Shown: positions 54,556 to 63,321, counted from the first letter of the stretch. The stretch: DNA of 64,000 nucleotides from Gaiellaceae bacterium (GCA_035540835.1 DATLFU010000023.1:2228-66227); one strand, 5' to 3'. Made by a program: numbers and translations. The notes: generated from the sequence alone by a model not told the origin.

Positions 54556-54582
54556 GATGCGCCTGGCAGGAATCGAACCTGC
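54556..54582. repeat. att direct repeat, tRNA-proximal copy
   Basis: Identical 27-mer. Covers the T-arm and 3' acceptor strand of tRNA-Arg plus 2 nt downstream. Confidence 0.85.
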
Positions 54583-54630
54583 GACCTTGCGCTCCGGAGG
54601 CGCACGCTCTATCCCCTGAGCTACAGGCGC
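54558..54630 (-). tRNA. tRNA-Arg (anticodon CCG)
   Basis: The reverse complement reads GCGCCTG-TA-GCTCAGGGGATAGAGC-G-TGCGC-CTCCGGA-GCGCA-AGGTC-GCAGGTTCGATTCCTGC-CAGGCGC-A. No encoded CCA. Confidence 0.9.
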
Positions 54631-54690
54631 GGGAGAGCCAGTGTACAAGCAGCCCGGCGCGACCGCGCCCCGGCGCCGTAGGCTCCCGCC

Positions 54691-55710
54691 GTGGAGCTGC
54701 GCGCGCGCACCGCGACCCTGCGTCTCGCAGAGACGTTCGTGATCGCGCGCGAGGCGTCCGACGAGGCGGAGGTGGTGCACGTCGAGCTGCGCCACGACGG
54801 CGTCTCGGGGTTCGGCGAAGGCGCGCCCGTCGCGCGCTACGACGAGTCCGCGGCCTCGGCGCTCGCCTTCTGCGAGGACGCGCGCGACGTCCTCGGCGAC
54901 GACCCGTTCGCGCTCGAGGAGATCGGCGCCCGCCTCGCGGAACTGCCGGGCCAGCAGGCCGCGAAGAGCGCGCTCGACGCCGCCCTCCACGACCTCTGCG
55001 GGAAGCTCGTCGGGCTGCCGGTGCACCGCCTCCTCGGGCTGCCGCGCGGCGGGCCGCCCACCTCCTGGACGATCTGGCTCGGCGACCCCGACGACATGGC
55101 GCGCCGGACCGAGCGCGTCGCGGGCCGCTTCCGCCGCCTCAAGCTGAAGCTCGGCGGCCGCGACGGTCTCGACGTCGAGCGCGTCCGCGCCGTGCGCTCC
55201 GTGGCGGGCGACGCCCTGCCGCTGATGGTCGACGTGAACGAGGCGTGGTCGCTCGACGAGGCGCTCGCCGCGCTCTTCGAGCTCGCCGGCCTCGGCGTCG
55301 AGTACTGCGAGCAGCCGCTCGCGGCCGGCGACCCCGGCGGGGCCGACCTGCGGGCGCGCTCGCCGCTCCCGATCTACCTCGACGAGGACTGCCACACGCT
55401 CGCGGACGTCGCCGCCTGCGCCGAGCGCGGCCACGGGATCAACATCAAGCTCGCCAAGTCGGGCGGGATCCGCGAGGCGGTGCGGATGGCGCACGCCGCG
55501 CGCGCGCTCGGCCTCGGCGTGATGCTCGGCTGCATGCTCGAGTCGGGCCTCGGCATCGCCGCCGGTGCGCACGTCGCGCCGCTCTGCGACCACGTCGACC
55601 TCGACGGGAACCTGCTGCTGGCGGAGGACCCCTGGCCGGGAGTCGTCTTCGCCGACGGCGTGCAGCTCCCCGCCGACGCGCCCGGGCTCGGCGTTCGAAC
55701 GACCGTCTAG
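54691..55710 (+). CDS. enolase-superfamily dipeptide-epimerase-like enzyme (L-Ala-D/L-Glu epimerase / DgcA-like)
   Basis: 339 aa. KLKLGG, MVDVNEAW, YCEQPL, IYLDED and NIKLAKSGG blocks of MR/MLE-type epimerases. Confidence 0.75.
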   Translation: MELRARTATLRLAETFVIAREASDEAEVVHVELRHDGVSGFGEGAPVARYDESAASALAFCEDARDVLGDDPFALEEIGARLAELPGQQAAKSALDAALHDLCGKLVGLPVHRLLGLPRGGPPTSWTIWLGDPDDMARRTERVAGRFRRLKLKLGGRDGLDVERVRAVRSVAGDALPLMVDVNEAWSLDEALAALFELAGLGVEYCEQPLAAGDPGGADLRARSPLPIYLDEDCHTLADVAACAERGHGINIKLAKSGGIREAVRMAHAARALGLGVMLGCMLESGLGIAAGAHVAPLCDHVDLDGNLLLAEDPWPGVVFADGVQLPADAPGLGVRTTV

Positions 55711-55715
55711 CTGGC

Positions 55716-56177
55716 GTGCACCGCCACGCCCCCGCGGACTACGACTGCCCCTTCTGCGCGATCGTCCGCGCCGAGCGGCGGCCGTCGCTCGCGACCGTGC
55801 CAGAGGACGTCGTCTGGCGCGACGGCCGCACGACGGCGTGGATCAACTGCCGCTGGTGGGTGCGGAACCCTGGCGGGGTCGTCGTCGTCCCCAACGAGCA
55901 CGTGGAGAACCTGTACGAGCTCGAGCGCGACCTCGCCGCCGACCTCCACGAGACCGTCCGGCGCGTCGCGATCGCGATGAAGCTCTCGTACGGCTGCGCC
56001 GGCACCTCGACGCGACAGCACAACGAGCCGGGGGCCGGGCAGGAGGTCTGGCACCACCACGTCCACATCTTCCCGCGCGAGGCTGGCGACGGCCTCTACG
56101 GGTCGGCCAACCGCGAGACGTCGCCGGAGGAGCGGCAGCCGTACGCCGAGCGGCTGCGTGCGGCGCTCGCGCCGTAG
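55716..56177 (+). CDS. HIT-family protein
   Basis: GTG at 55716. CPFC near the N-terminus and the histidine triad VWHHHVHIFPR. Confidence 0.75.
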   Translation: MHRHAPADYDCPFCAIVRAERRPSLATVPEDVVWRDGRTTAWINCRWWVRNPGGVVVVPNEHVENLYELERDLAADLHETVRRVAIAMKLSYGCAGTSTRQHNEPGAGQEVWHHHVHIFPREAGDGLYGSANRETSPEERQPYAERLRAALAP

Positions 56178-56186
56178 GCTTCGCGC

Positions 56187-57230
56187 GTGGCCGCCGAGAA
56201 GCGCTACCTGATCCTCGCTGAGGGCTTCAGCGGCGACGCGCACTACGGGAAGACGACGCGCGGCGTCGTCCGCTACCGGCGCGACGACGTCGTCGCCGTG
56301 CTCGACTCGACGCGCGCCGGCGAGACGGTGGACGGGCTCCCGGTCGTCGCGACGGTGGAGGAGGGGCTCCGCCTCGCGCCGACGACGGCGCTCGTCGGGG
56401 TCGCCACGCAGGGCGGGCGCTTCCCGCCGGCGTGGCGCGCGCTCCTGCGCACGTGCATCGAGCACGGCCTCGACGTCGAGAACGGCCTCCACGAGTTCCT
56501 CGCCGACGACGACGAGATGCGGGAGCTCGCGGCGCGGCACGGCGTCGAGCTGCGGGACCTGCGGCGGCCGCCGGCCGGCCTCAACGTCCCGACCGGCGAG
56601 AACATGCGCGTGCCGGCGACGATCGCGCTCACCGTCGGCTCGGAGTGCGCGATCGGCAAGAAGACCGTCGCGCTCGAGCTCGACCTCGAGGCGCGGCGTC
56701 GCGGCGTCGCCTCGCAGTTCGTCCCGACCGGGCAGACCGGGATCGTCATCGCCGGCTGGGGGATCGCGGTCGACGCGGTCGTCGCCGACTTCCTCGCCGG
56801 CGCCGCGGAGCAGCTCGTGCTCGAGGGGCACCGCCGCGGCGGCCGGGACCTCCTCGTCGTCGAGGGGCAGGGGTCGCTCGTGCACCCCGCCTACTCCGGC
56901 GTGACGATGGGGCTCCTCCACGGCGCCGCGCCGCACCTGCTCGTCCTCTGCCACCTCGCCGGGCAGACGGAGGTGGAGGGCTATCCGGGCCACCCGATCC
57001 CGCCGCTCTCCGACCTCGTGGAGCTGTACGAGCGCGCCTCGCTGCCGGGGCGCCGCGCGCGAGTCGCCGCGATCGCGCTCAACACCCGCGAGCTCGCGGA
57101 CGACGCGGCGGCTCGCGACGCGGTCGCCGCGGCCGAGGCGGAGACCGGTCTGCCCGCGGACGACCCCGTCAGGTTCGGGGCCGGGCGCCTCGTCGACGCG
57201 CTCCTCGCCCCTGCGGGGGCTACAGCCTAG
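56187..57230 (+). CDS. DUF1611-family protein (DgcN-like N-acetyltransferase)
   Basis: 347 aa. YLILAEG...GKTTRGVVRY, TVGSECAIGKKT (P-loop-like) and LVVEGQGSLVHPAYSGVT blocks typical of DUF1611. Confidence 0.7.
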   Translation: MAAEKRYLILAEGFSGDAHYGKTTRGVVRYRRDDVVAVLDSTRAGETVDGLPVVATVEEGLRLAPTTALVGVATQGGRFPPAWRALLRTCIEHGLDVENGLHEFLADDDEMRELAARHGVELRDLRRPPAGLNVPTGENMRVPATIALTVGSECAIGKKTVALELDLEARRRGVASQFVPTGQTGIVIAGWGIAVDAVVADFLAGAAEQLVLEGHRRGGRDLLVVEGQGSLVHPAYSGVTMGLLHGAAPHLLVLCHLAGQTEVEGYPGHPIPPLSDLVELYERASLPGRRARVAAIALNTRELADDAAARDAVAAAEAETGLPADDPVRFGAGRLVDALLAPAGATA

Positions 57231-57326
57231 GTCCCGCGCTGCCGAAAGATGGGCCGAGCGGCCCATTCGGCGCACCGGTGCCGGTGCGATCCTCTAGGGG
57301 CGTTTCCCACGACTAAAGGGCGGTCC

Positions 57327-58769
57327 ATGAAGAGATTTGCGGCAGCGGTTGCGGCGATCGGCGCGAGCCTCGCGCTCACGGGGTCGGCGTCGGCGATCGA
57401 CTACGGCGTGACGGAGGACGTGGGGAAGATCGCCCCGACGGCCACGTACGACCACCTCCAGAACCTCGGGATGACGACGAACGTCATGTCCGTCACCTGG
57501 AACCCGCTGGCGCCGACGGCGATGCCGCCGGACCTCGCCAACGTCGTCAACTCGTCGACCATCGCGGCGAGCCGCGGCGTGGAGATCATCCTCGCGGTCT
57601 ACCAGGGCCGCGCGCGGGGGATGTCGGACACGCCCGGCGCGAACGCGGTGCTGGCGAACTGGGTCGTGCAGGTGCTCCGCGCGTGCCCGGCGTGCAAGAA
57701 GGTCATCTACCTCAACGAGCCGAACCAGACGCGATTCTGGCAGCCGGTCTTCAACCCCGACTGCACGCCGGCTTCGCCCGCCGCGTACACGCAGGCGCTC
57801 GCCGCCGGCTACGACGCGATCAAGGCCGCCCTCCCCGGCGTCCGCGTCTACGGGCTCGGGCTCTCGCCCCGCGGCAACGACCGCTGCGACGCGCCGAGCA
57901 ACGTCTCGCACTCGCCCTCGTCGTTCCTGCTCGAGATGGGCAAGGCGTACAAGGCGATCGGCCGGAACGCGCCGCTGATGGACGCGCTCAGCTTCCACCC
58001 GTACCCGAACGTCAACACCGACCCACCGATGAAGGGCTACCAGTGGCCGAACATCGGCGTGCCGAACCTCGACCGCCTCAAGCAGGTGTTCGAGGACGCG
58101 TTCGGCGGCACCGCGCAGCCGACGTTCCGCAACCCGTCGTTCAAGGTCGCGCTCGACGAGGTCGGCTGGCAGGTCGACACCGCCGGCCGCCCCGGCTACC
58201 ACGGCAACGAGAACGTCCCCGTGGTCGACGAGGCGACGCAGGCGCGGTACTACGCCGAGCTCGTCAAGTACTTCGCGTGCGATCCGGCCGTCGAGTCGCT
58301 GAACTTCTTCCACCTCGTCGACGAGGAGGACCGCGACCGGTTCCAGAGCGGCCTGCTGCGCGCCGACTGGAGCAAGCGCGCCTCCTACGACTCGGTGAAG
58401 GCGGCGATCGTCGAGGCGAAGCGCGGCTGCCAGGGCCAGCAGCGGCCGGCGGGCCCGCCGGCGCTGACGGGCGTGCTGAAGGCCAGGGCGGTCTTCAAGA
58501 TGCCGGCCCGCAACTCCGTGAAGCGGACGTTCTGGTCGTTCAACGTCTACGCCGAGGAGGCCGCGACCTACGAGGCGACGCTGAAGGCCGCCAACGGCCG
58601 CACCGTGGCGACGACGCGCGGCCAGGTCAAGGCGTACTTCACGCCGCTCGTGAAGTTCCCCGCGCAGCGCCTCGCCCCGGGCCAGTACCGGTTCGAGGTG
58701 ACGCTCAGCGCGGTCGCGAACCCGTCGCGGAAGTCGAGCTTCCGCAGCGGGCTCTTCCGCGTCGGCTAG
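57327..58769 (+). CDS. secreted clan-A (TIM-barrel) glycoside-hydrolase-like protein, paralog B, with extra C-terminal beta domain
   Basis: ATG at 57327. Signal MKRFAAAVAAIGASLALTGSASA. YLNEPN and ALDEVG motifs. Collinear blocks shared with 18743-20002. Confidence 0.6.
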   Translation: MKRFAAAVAAIGASLALTGSASAIDYGVTEDVGKIAPTATYDHLQNLGMTTNVMSVTWNPLAPTAMPPDLANVVNSSTIAASRGVEIILAVYQGRARGMSDTPGANAVLANWVVQVLRACPACKKVIYLNEPNQTRFWQPVFNPDCTPASPAAYTQALAAGYDAIKAALPGVRVYGLGLSPRGNDRCDAPSNVSHSPSSFLLEMGKAYKAIGRNAPLMDALSFHPYPNVNTDPPMKGYQWPNIGVPNLDRLKQVFEDAFGGTAQPTFRNPSFKVALDEVGWQVDTAGRPGYHGNENVPVVDEATQARYYAELVKYFACDPAVESLNFFHLVDEEDRDRFQSGLLRADWSKRASYDSVKAAIVEAKRGCQGQQRPAGPPALTGVLKARAVFKMPARNSVKRTFWSFNVYAEEAATYEATLKAANGRTVATTRGQVKAYFTPLVKFPAQRLAPGQYRFEVTLSAVANPSRKSSFRSGLFRVG

Positions 58770-58819
58770 CCGTCGGGAGGAGCGGGGCGGCCCGGCGCCG
58801 CCCCGCTCATACTCCCCGC

Positions 58820-59308
58820 GTGGCGGTCGTCGCCGTGCTCTCGGACACGCACCTCCCGCGCGGCTCGCGGCGGCTCCCGGACGCGTGCGTCGAGCGGCTG
58901 CGCGCAGCCGACCTGATCCTCCACGGCGGCGACCTCACGTCGGCGGCGTTCCTCGAGGAGCTGCGGGCGCTCGGGCCGCCGGTGCAGGCGGTGCTGGGGA
59001 ACATGGACGAGCCGGCGCTCGCGCAGGCGCTGCCCAGGGAGGTCGTCGCGGAGGTGGAGGAGGCGCGCATCGGGATGGTGCACATCCCCGGCCCGCGGGA
59101 GGGGAGGGAGGAGCGCCTCCGGGCGCGGTTCCCCGGCTGCGACGCCGTCGTCTACGGCCACACGCACGTCCCGCAGGTCGAGCGGCACGGCGACGCCTGG
59201 ATCCTCAACCCGGGGAGCCCGACGGAGCGGCGCAGCGCGCCCGCGCACACCCTGCTCGTGCTGACCGTCCGCGGCACCGCGATCACGCCGGAGCTCGTCG
59301 AGGTTTGA
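58820..59308 (+). CDS. YfcE/MJ0936-type metallophosphoesterase
   Basis: GTG at 58820. VAVLSDTHLP, HGGDL, GNMD, YGHTHVP and NPGS motifs. Confidence 0.8.
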   Translation: MAVVAVLSDTHLPRGSRRLPDACVERLRAADLILHGGDLTSAAFLEELRALGPPVQAVLGNMDEPALAQALPREVVAEVEEARIGMVHIPGPREGREERLRARFPGCDAVVYGHTHVPQVERHGDAWILNPGSPTERRSAPAHTLLVLTVRGTAITPELVEV

Positions 59309-59349
59309 CACGAACGCGTGTTCGGTATAGCCTGCCGAACACATGTTCG
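59305..59349 (+). promoter_or_regulatory. TTGACA -35 element plus two LexA (SOS) boxes, CGAACgcgtGTTCG and CGAACacatGTTCG
   Basis: TTGACA at 59305-59310. Box 1 at 59311-59324. TATAGC at 59326-59331. Box 2 at 59336-59349 spans the ATG (59343) of the LysM gene. Confidence 0.7.
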
Positions 59350-59588
59350 TCCGAATCCTCATCGTCGCCGTCGTCGCGACCATCGCCTGGGCCACGTTCG
59401 TCCGCCCGTCGGAGAGCGCCGGCCCCGAGCGGACGTACGTCGTGCAGCCCGCCGACACGCTCTGGTCGATCGCGTCCGAGCACTACGCGGGGGACCCGCG
59501 CGCCGCGATCTGGAAGCTCCAGCAGCGGAACGGGCTCACGAGCACGACGCTCCGCCCGGGGCAGGAGCTCGTCCTGCCGCGCGGGTAG
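59343..59588 (+). CDS. small membrane-anchored LysM peptidoglycan-binding protein
   Basis: 81 aa. TM ILIVAVVATIAWATF, then the LysM motif YVVQPADTLWSIASEHYG...LRPGQELVLP. No SD, so probably (near-)leaderless. Confidence 0.8.
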   Translation: MFVRILIVAVVATIAWATFVRPSESAGPERTYVVQPADTLWSIASEHYAGDPRAAIWKLQQRNGLTSTTLRPGQELVLPRG

Positions 59589-59631
59589 CCGCGCCGGCCA
59601 CCGCCCCGGGGACGCGTCCTAGACTGCGTCC

Positions 59632-60612
59632 GTGGACCTCGACGTCGTCTTCCTCGGCACCTCCGGCTCGATGCCGACGGCCAGGCGCGCGCCGACGGCG
59701 CTGCTGATCCGCCGCGGCGGCGAGCGCATCCTGATCGACTGCGGCGAGGGGACGCAGCGCCAGCTCCTGCGCTCCGACGTCGGCCTGGTCGACTTCGAGG
59801 AGGTCTTCGTCTCGCACTACCACGCGGACCACTACCTCGGCCTGCCCGGGATGCTGAAGACGTTCGCGCTCCGCGGCCGCGAGCTGCCGCTCACCGTCTA
59901 CGGGCCCCCGGGCCTGCGGGAGCTCTTCGGCGCGCTGCGGCGGATCTTCGGCCGGCTCACGTACGAGCTCGAGCTCGTCGAGCTGCGGCCGGGCGACGTG
60001 CTCGAGCGCGACGGCTACGAGCTCGTCGCGTTCCCCGTCGACCACGGCGTCAGCGCGGTCGGCTACGCCATCGTCGAGGCGCCGCGGCCGGGCCGCTTCG
60101 ACGTCGAGGTGGCCGAGCGGCTCGGAGTCCCCGTCGGCCCCCAGCGGGGCGCGCTCCAGCGCGGCGAGGCGGTCACGCTCGCGGACGGCCGCCTCGTCGC
60201 CCCGGACGACGTGCTCGGCCCCGCGCGCCCCGGCCGCCGCGTCGTGATCGCCGGCGACACGGCCCCGGCCGCGTCGGTGGTCGAGGTCGCCGCGGGCGCC
60301 GACCTCCTCGTCCACGAGGCGACGTTCTGCGAGGACGAGCGGGAGCGCGCCGCCGAGACGCTCCACTCCACGGCCGCGCAGGCGGCGGAGGTGGCGCGCA
60401 CGGCCGGCGTCGGGCTGCTCGCGCTGACGCACATCTCGAACCGGTACTTCGGCCCCGACGTCGAGCGCGAGGCCCGGGCCGTCTTCCCCGGTGTGGTCGT
60501 CCCGCGCGACTTCGACGTCGTCGAGGTGCCGTTCGCCGAGCGGGGCTCGCCGCGGCTCGTCGAGCGCGGCGCGCGCACGCCGAGGACGACGCCCGAGGGC
60601 GTTCCCGCGTAA
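59632..60612 (+). CDS. rnz: ribonuclease Z
   Basis: VVFLGTSGSMPT, IDCGEGTQRQL and the SHYHADH (HxHxDH) metallo-beta-lactamase motif, plus HISNRY near the C-terminus. Confidence 0.9.
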   Translation: MDLDVVFLGTSGSMPTARRAPTALLIRRGGERILIDCGEGTQRQLLRSDVGLVDFEEVFVSHYHADHYLGLPGMLKTFALRGRELPLTVYGPPGLRELFGALRRIFGRLTYELELVELRPGDVLERDGYELVAFPVDHGVSAVGYAIVEAPRPGRFDVEVAERLGVPVGPQRGALQRGEAVTLADGRLVAPDDVLGPARPGRRVVIAGDTAPAASVVEVAAGADLLVHEATFCEDERERAAETLHSTAAQAAEVARTAGVGLLALTHISNRYFGPDVEREARAVFPGVVVPRDFDVVEVPFAERGSPRLVERGARTPRTTPEGVPA

Positions 60613-60622
60613 GATCGGCGCG

Positions 60623-60856
60623 ATGACGGACATGGTCCAGGCCGCCGTCGCGGCCGACATCACCGAAGCGGAGGAGCTGCGCACGATCCTGCGCCAGGCC
60701 GGGATCGAGTCCGAGCTCGAGCCCGCCGTCGACCACCACCCGACCGCCGTCGAGGACGCGCCGCAGAAGGTGATGGTGCCCGCGTCGGAGCTCGAGGCGG
60801 CGCAGGACGCGATCGAGGCGCTCACCGAACCGGACGACCTGCTCGGCGACGCCTGA
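60623..60856 (+). CDS. small acidic hypothetical protein (DUF2007-like, tentative)
   Basis: ATG at 60623. 77 aa, MTDMVQAAVAADITEAEELRTILRQAGIESEL... Confidence 0.45.
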   Translation: MTDMVQAAVAADITEAEELRTILRQAGIESELEPAVDHHPTAVEDAPQKVMVPASELEAAQDAIEALTEPDDLLGDA

Positions 60857-60898
60857 GCGAGTAGGCTTCGGCGGCCATGATCACGACGGCGGTCTTCC

Positions 60899-61669
60899 GT
60901 GGCCGTCCGACGCCGGCACTCGCCCGGCGAACGGACCGGCCGGCACCTTCTTCGTAGCGCCGCGCTCGCGCGGGCTCTCGTCGCCGACGCCGGCGTGCGC
61001 CCGGGCGACCTCGTCGTCGACGTCGGCGCGGGAACGGGCGTCCTCACGGGGGCGCTCGACGCGCGCGGCGCCCGGGTGCTCGCGGTCGAGCTCGACGGCG
61101 CGCTCGCCCGCGACCTGCGCCGCCGCTTCGCGGGGCGGCCGGTCGAGGTGGTACACGCCGACGCGCGCGAGCTCCGGTGGCCGGGCGAGCCGTTCGCCGT
61201 CGTGGCGAACCTCCCTTTCGGGATCTCGACCGCGCTCCTGCGGCGCCTCCTCGGCGACCCCGGCCTGCGGCTCCGGCACGCGGAGCTCGTCGTCGAGTGG
61301 GGGCTCGCCGTCAAGCGGACGGCCGCCTGGCCGAGCACGCTGCTCGGCGTGCTCTGGGGCGTCGGCTTCGAGCTCCGGCTCGTCCGGCGCCTGCCGCCCG
61401 AGGCGTTCGCGCCGCCGCCGTCGGTCGCCGCGGCGATCCTCCGCGCATCGCGACGCCCGGAGCCGCTCGTTCCGCCTCACGCGCTGCCGGCCTTCGGCGC
61501 GCTCGTCCGCGACGGATTCGCGAGCGACGCGCCGCTCCGCCGCCTCCTTCCACCGCGAACCGTGAAGCGCCTCGCGCACGAGCTCGGCTTCGCGCCCGAC
61601 GCCCGCGCCCGCGACCTCGACGCGCACCAGTGGGCGGCGGTCTTCCGCGCCGTCCGGCCGCTCCGCTAG
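60899..61669 (+). CDS. rRNA adenine N6-methyltransferase family protein (Erm-like)
   Basis: GRHLL (QNFL position), SAM motif VVDVGAGTGVLTGAL, AVELD, NLPFGISTALLRRLL and FAPPPSVAAAILRASRR in Erm/KsgA order. Confidence 0.7.
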   Translation: MAVRRRHSPGERTGRHLLRSAALARALVADAGVRPGDLVVDVGAGTGVLTGALDARGARVLAVELDGALARDLRRRFAGRPVEVVHADARELRWPGEPFAVVANLPFGISTALLRRLLGDPGLRLRHAELVVEWGLAVKRTAAWPSTLLGVLWGVGFELRLVRRLPPEAFAPPPSVAAAILRASRRPEPLVPPHALPAFGALVRDGFASDAPLRRLLPPRTVKRLAHELGFAPDARARDLDAHQWAAVFRAVRPLR

Positions 61670-61685
61670 CGTTCCCGCCCGACCC

Positions 61686-61716
61686 TTTAACCCGGTCCAG
61701 CGAGGCCGGAAAGGAG
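61686..61716 (+). promoter_or_regulatory. PyrR-binding hairpin overlapping the pyrR ribosome-binding site
   Basis: TTTAACCCGGUCCAGCGAGGCCGGAAAGGAG: stem CCGG/CCGG (61692-61695 / 61706-61709) presents a UCCAGCGAGG loop, similar to the PyrR consensus UCCAGAGAGG. The AAGGAG SD follows directly. Confidence 0.7.
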
Positions 61717-61720
61717 CGGA

Positions 61721-62329
61721 ATGAGCACGCACGTCCCCACGGCTTCGGCCGGCCGCCGCCCTGCGGCGAAGATCCTCCTCGACGCCGACGCGGTCTCGCG
61801 GACGCTCTCGCGGATCGCGCACGAGATCATCGAGCGGAACGACGACCTCGACGCGGTCGCGCTCGTCGGCATCCACACGCGCGGCGTCCCGCTCGCGCAC
61901 CGGCTCCGGCGGCTGATCGCCGAGCGGGCCGGGGTGGACGTCGCCGTCGGCGCCGTCGACATCACCTTCTACCGCGACGACGTCGGCATCCGCGGCGGCG
62001 AGGCGCCGCTGCACGCGCAGCCGATCGTGCGGGCGACCCAGCTCGACTTCCCGCTCGAGGGCCGCACCTGCATCCTCGTCGACGACGTCCTCTACACGGG
62101 GCGGACGATCCGCGCCGCCGTCGAGGCGCTGTTCGACTACGGGCGCCCCGCTCGCGTCCAGCTCGCCGTGCTCGCCGACCGCGGCCACCGCGAGCTCCCC
62201 GTCCGCGCCGACTACGTCGGCAAGAACCTGCCCACGAGCCGGGAGGAGCGCGTCCAGGTCGAGCTCCTCGAGGTCGACGAGGTCGACCGCGTCCTGCTCG
62301 TCTCGACCCCCGAGGAGGGATCCCAGTGA
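61721..62329 (+). CDS. pyrR: bifunctional pyrimidine operon regulator / uracil phosphoribosyltransferase PyrR
   Basis: [20 protein letters not shown]-binding motif, [12 protein letters not shown], 202 aa. Confidence 0.9.
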   Translation: MSTHVPTASAGRRPAAKILLDADAVSRTLSRIAHEIIERNDDLDAVALVGIHTRGVPLAHRLRRLIAERAGVDVAVGAVDITFYRDDVGIRGGEAPLHAQPIVRATQLDFPLEGRTCILVDDVLYTGRTIRAAVEALFDYGRPARVQLAVLADRGHRELPVRADYVGKNLPTSREERVQVELLEVDEVDRVLLVSTPEEGSQ

Positions 62330-63321
62330 CCGAGCTCCGCGTGATGCGGGAGACGCTCCCGCCGCCGCCCGAGGAGCGGCGCCACCTCATCTCCGTGCGC
62401 GACCTCGGCCGCGACGACGTCGAGCGGCTCCTCGCCACCGCGGCGAGCTTCGAGCGGTCGCTCGAGCGCGAGGTGAAGAAGCTGCCGACGCTGCGCGGCC
62501 GCACCGTCGTCAACGTCTTCTACGAGTCGTCGACGCGGACGTCCTCGAGCTTCGAGCTCGCGGCGAAGCGGCTCTCGGCCGACACGATGTCGATCAAGGC
62601 CGCCGGCTCCGCGGTCGACAAGGGCGAGTCGCTGAAGGACACGGCGCTCACGCTGTCGGCGTACGACCCGGACGTGATCGTGATCCGGCACCCGCAGATC
62701 GGCGCGCCGCACCTCGTCGCGCGCGTCACGCAGGCGCGGATCGTCAACGCCGGCGACGGCAAGCACCAGCATCCGACGCAGGCGCTGCTCGACCTCTACA
62801 CGATGCAGCGGGCGACCGGCCGCCTCGAGGGGCTGCACGTCGCGATCGTCGGCGACGTGCTCCACTCGCGCGTCGCGCGCTCGCTCATCCAGGCGCTCGA
62901 GCTCGTGGGCGCGCGCACGACGCTCGTCGGCCCGCCGGCGCTCCTGCCGCGCGGGATGGAGGCGATGGGCTGCGAGCTCCGCACCGACGTCGAGGCGGTG
63001 GCCGACGCGGACGTCGTCTACGTCCTGCGGATGCAGCGGGAGCGGATGCAGGCCGGCGCGAACTACGTCCCCAGCCTGCGCGAGTACACGGCGCGCTGGG
63101 GGATCACGCCGGAGCGCGTCCGTCCCGGCCAGCTCGTGATGCACCCCGGCCCGATGAACCGCGGCGTCGAGATCGACGGCCGCGTGGCGGACGCCGCCGA
63201 GTCCCTGATCCTCGAGCAGGTACGGTCGGGCCTCGTCGTCCGCATGGCCGTCCTCTACGACCTGCTGACGACCGGCCCGGCTCCCGTCCCCGCCGCCGCG
63301 GCCATGGAGGAGGTGGCCTGA
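62326..63321 (+). CDS. pyrB: aspartate carbamoyltransferase catalytic subunit
   Basis: GTG at 62326 overlaps the pyrR stop (ATG 62341 is an alternative). [19 protein letters not shown] and HPGPMNRG motifs. Confidence 0.9.
   Translation: MTELRVMRETLPPPPEERRHLISVRDLGRDDVERLLATAASFERSLEREVKKLPTLRGRTVVNVFYESSTRTSSSFELAAKRLSADTMSIKAAGSAVDKGESLKDTALTLSAYDPDVIVIRHPQIGAPHLVARVTQARIVNAGDGKHQHPTQALLDLYTMQRATGRLEGLHVAIVGDVLHSRVARSLIQALELVGARTTLVGPPALLPRGMEAMGCELRTDVEAVADADVVYVLRMQRERMQAGANYVPSLREYTARWGITPERVRPGQLVMHPGPMNRGVEIDGRVADAAESLILEQVRSGLVVRMAVLYDLLTTGPAPVPAAAAMEEVA

Larger units (their letters stand above)
46242..54582. mobile_element. integrative genomic island inserted in the 3' end of tRNA-Arg(CCG)
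   Basis: Perfect 27-bp direct repeats at both ends, tyrosine integrase with Xis-like ORF, TA-like modules, an IS110 remnant, and visibly lower GC in the cargo part. Confidence 0.75.
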
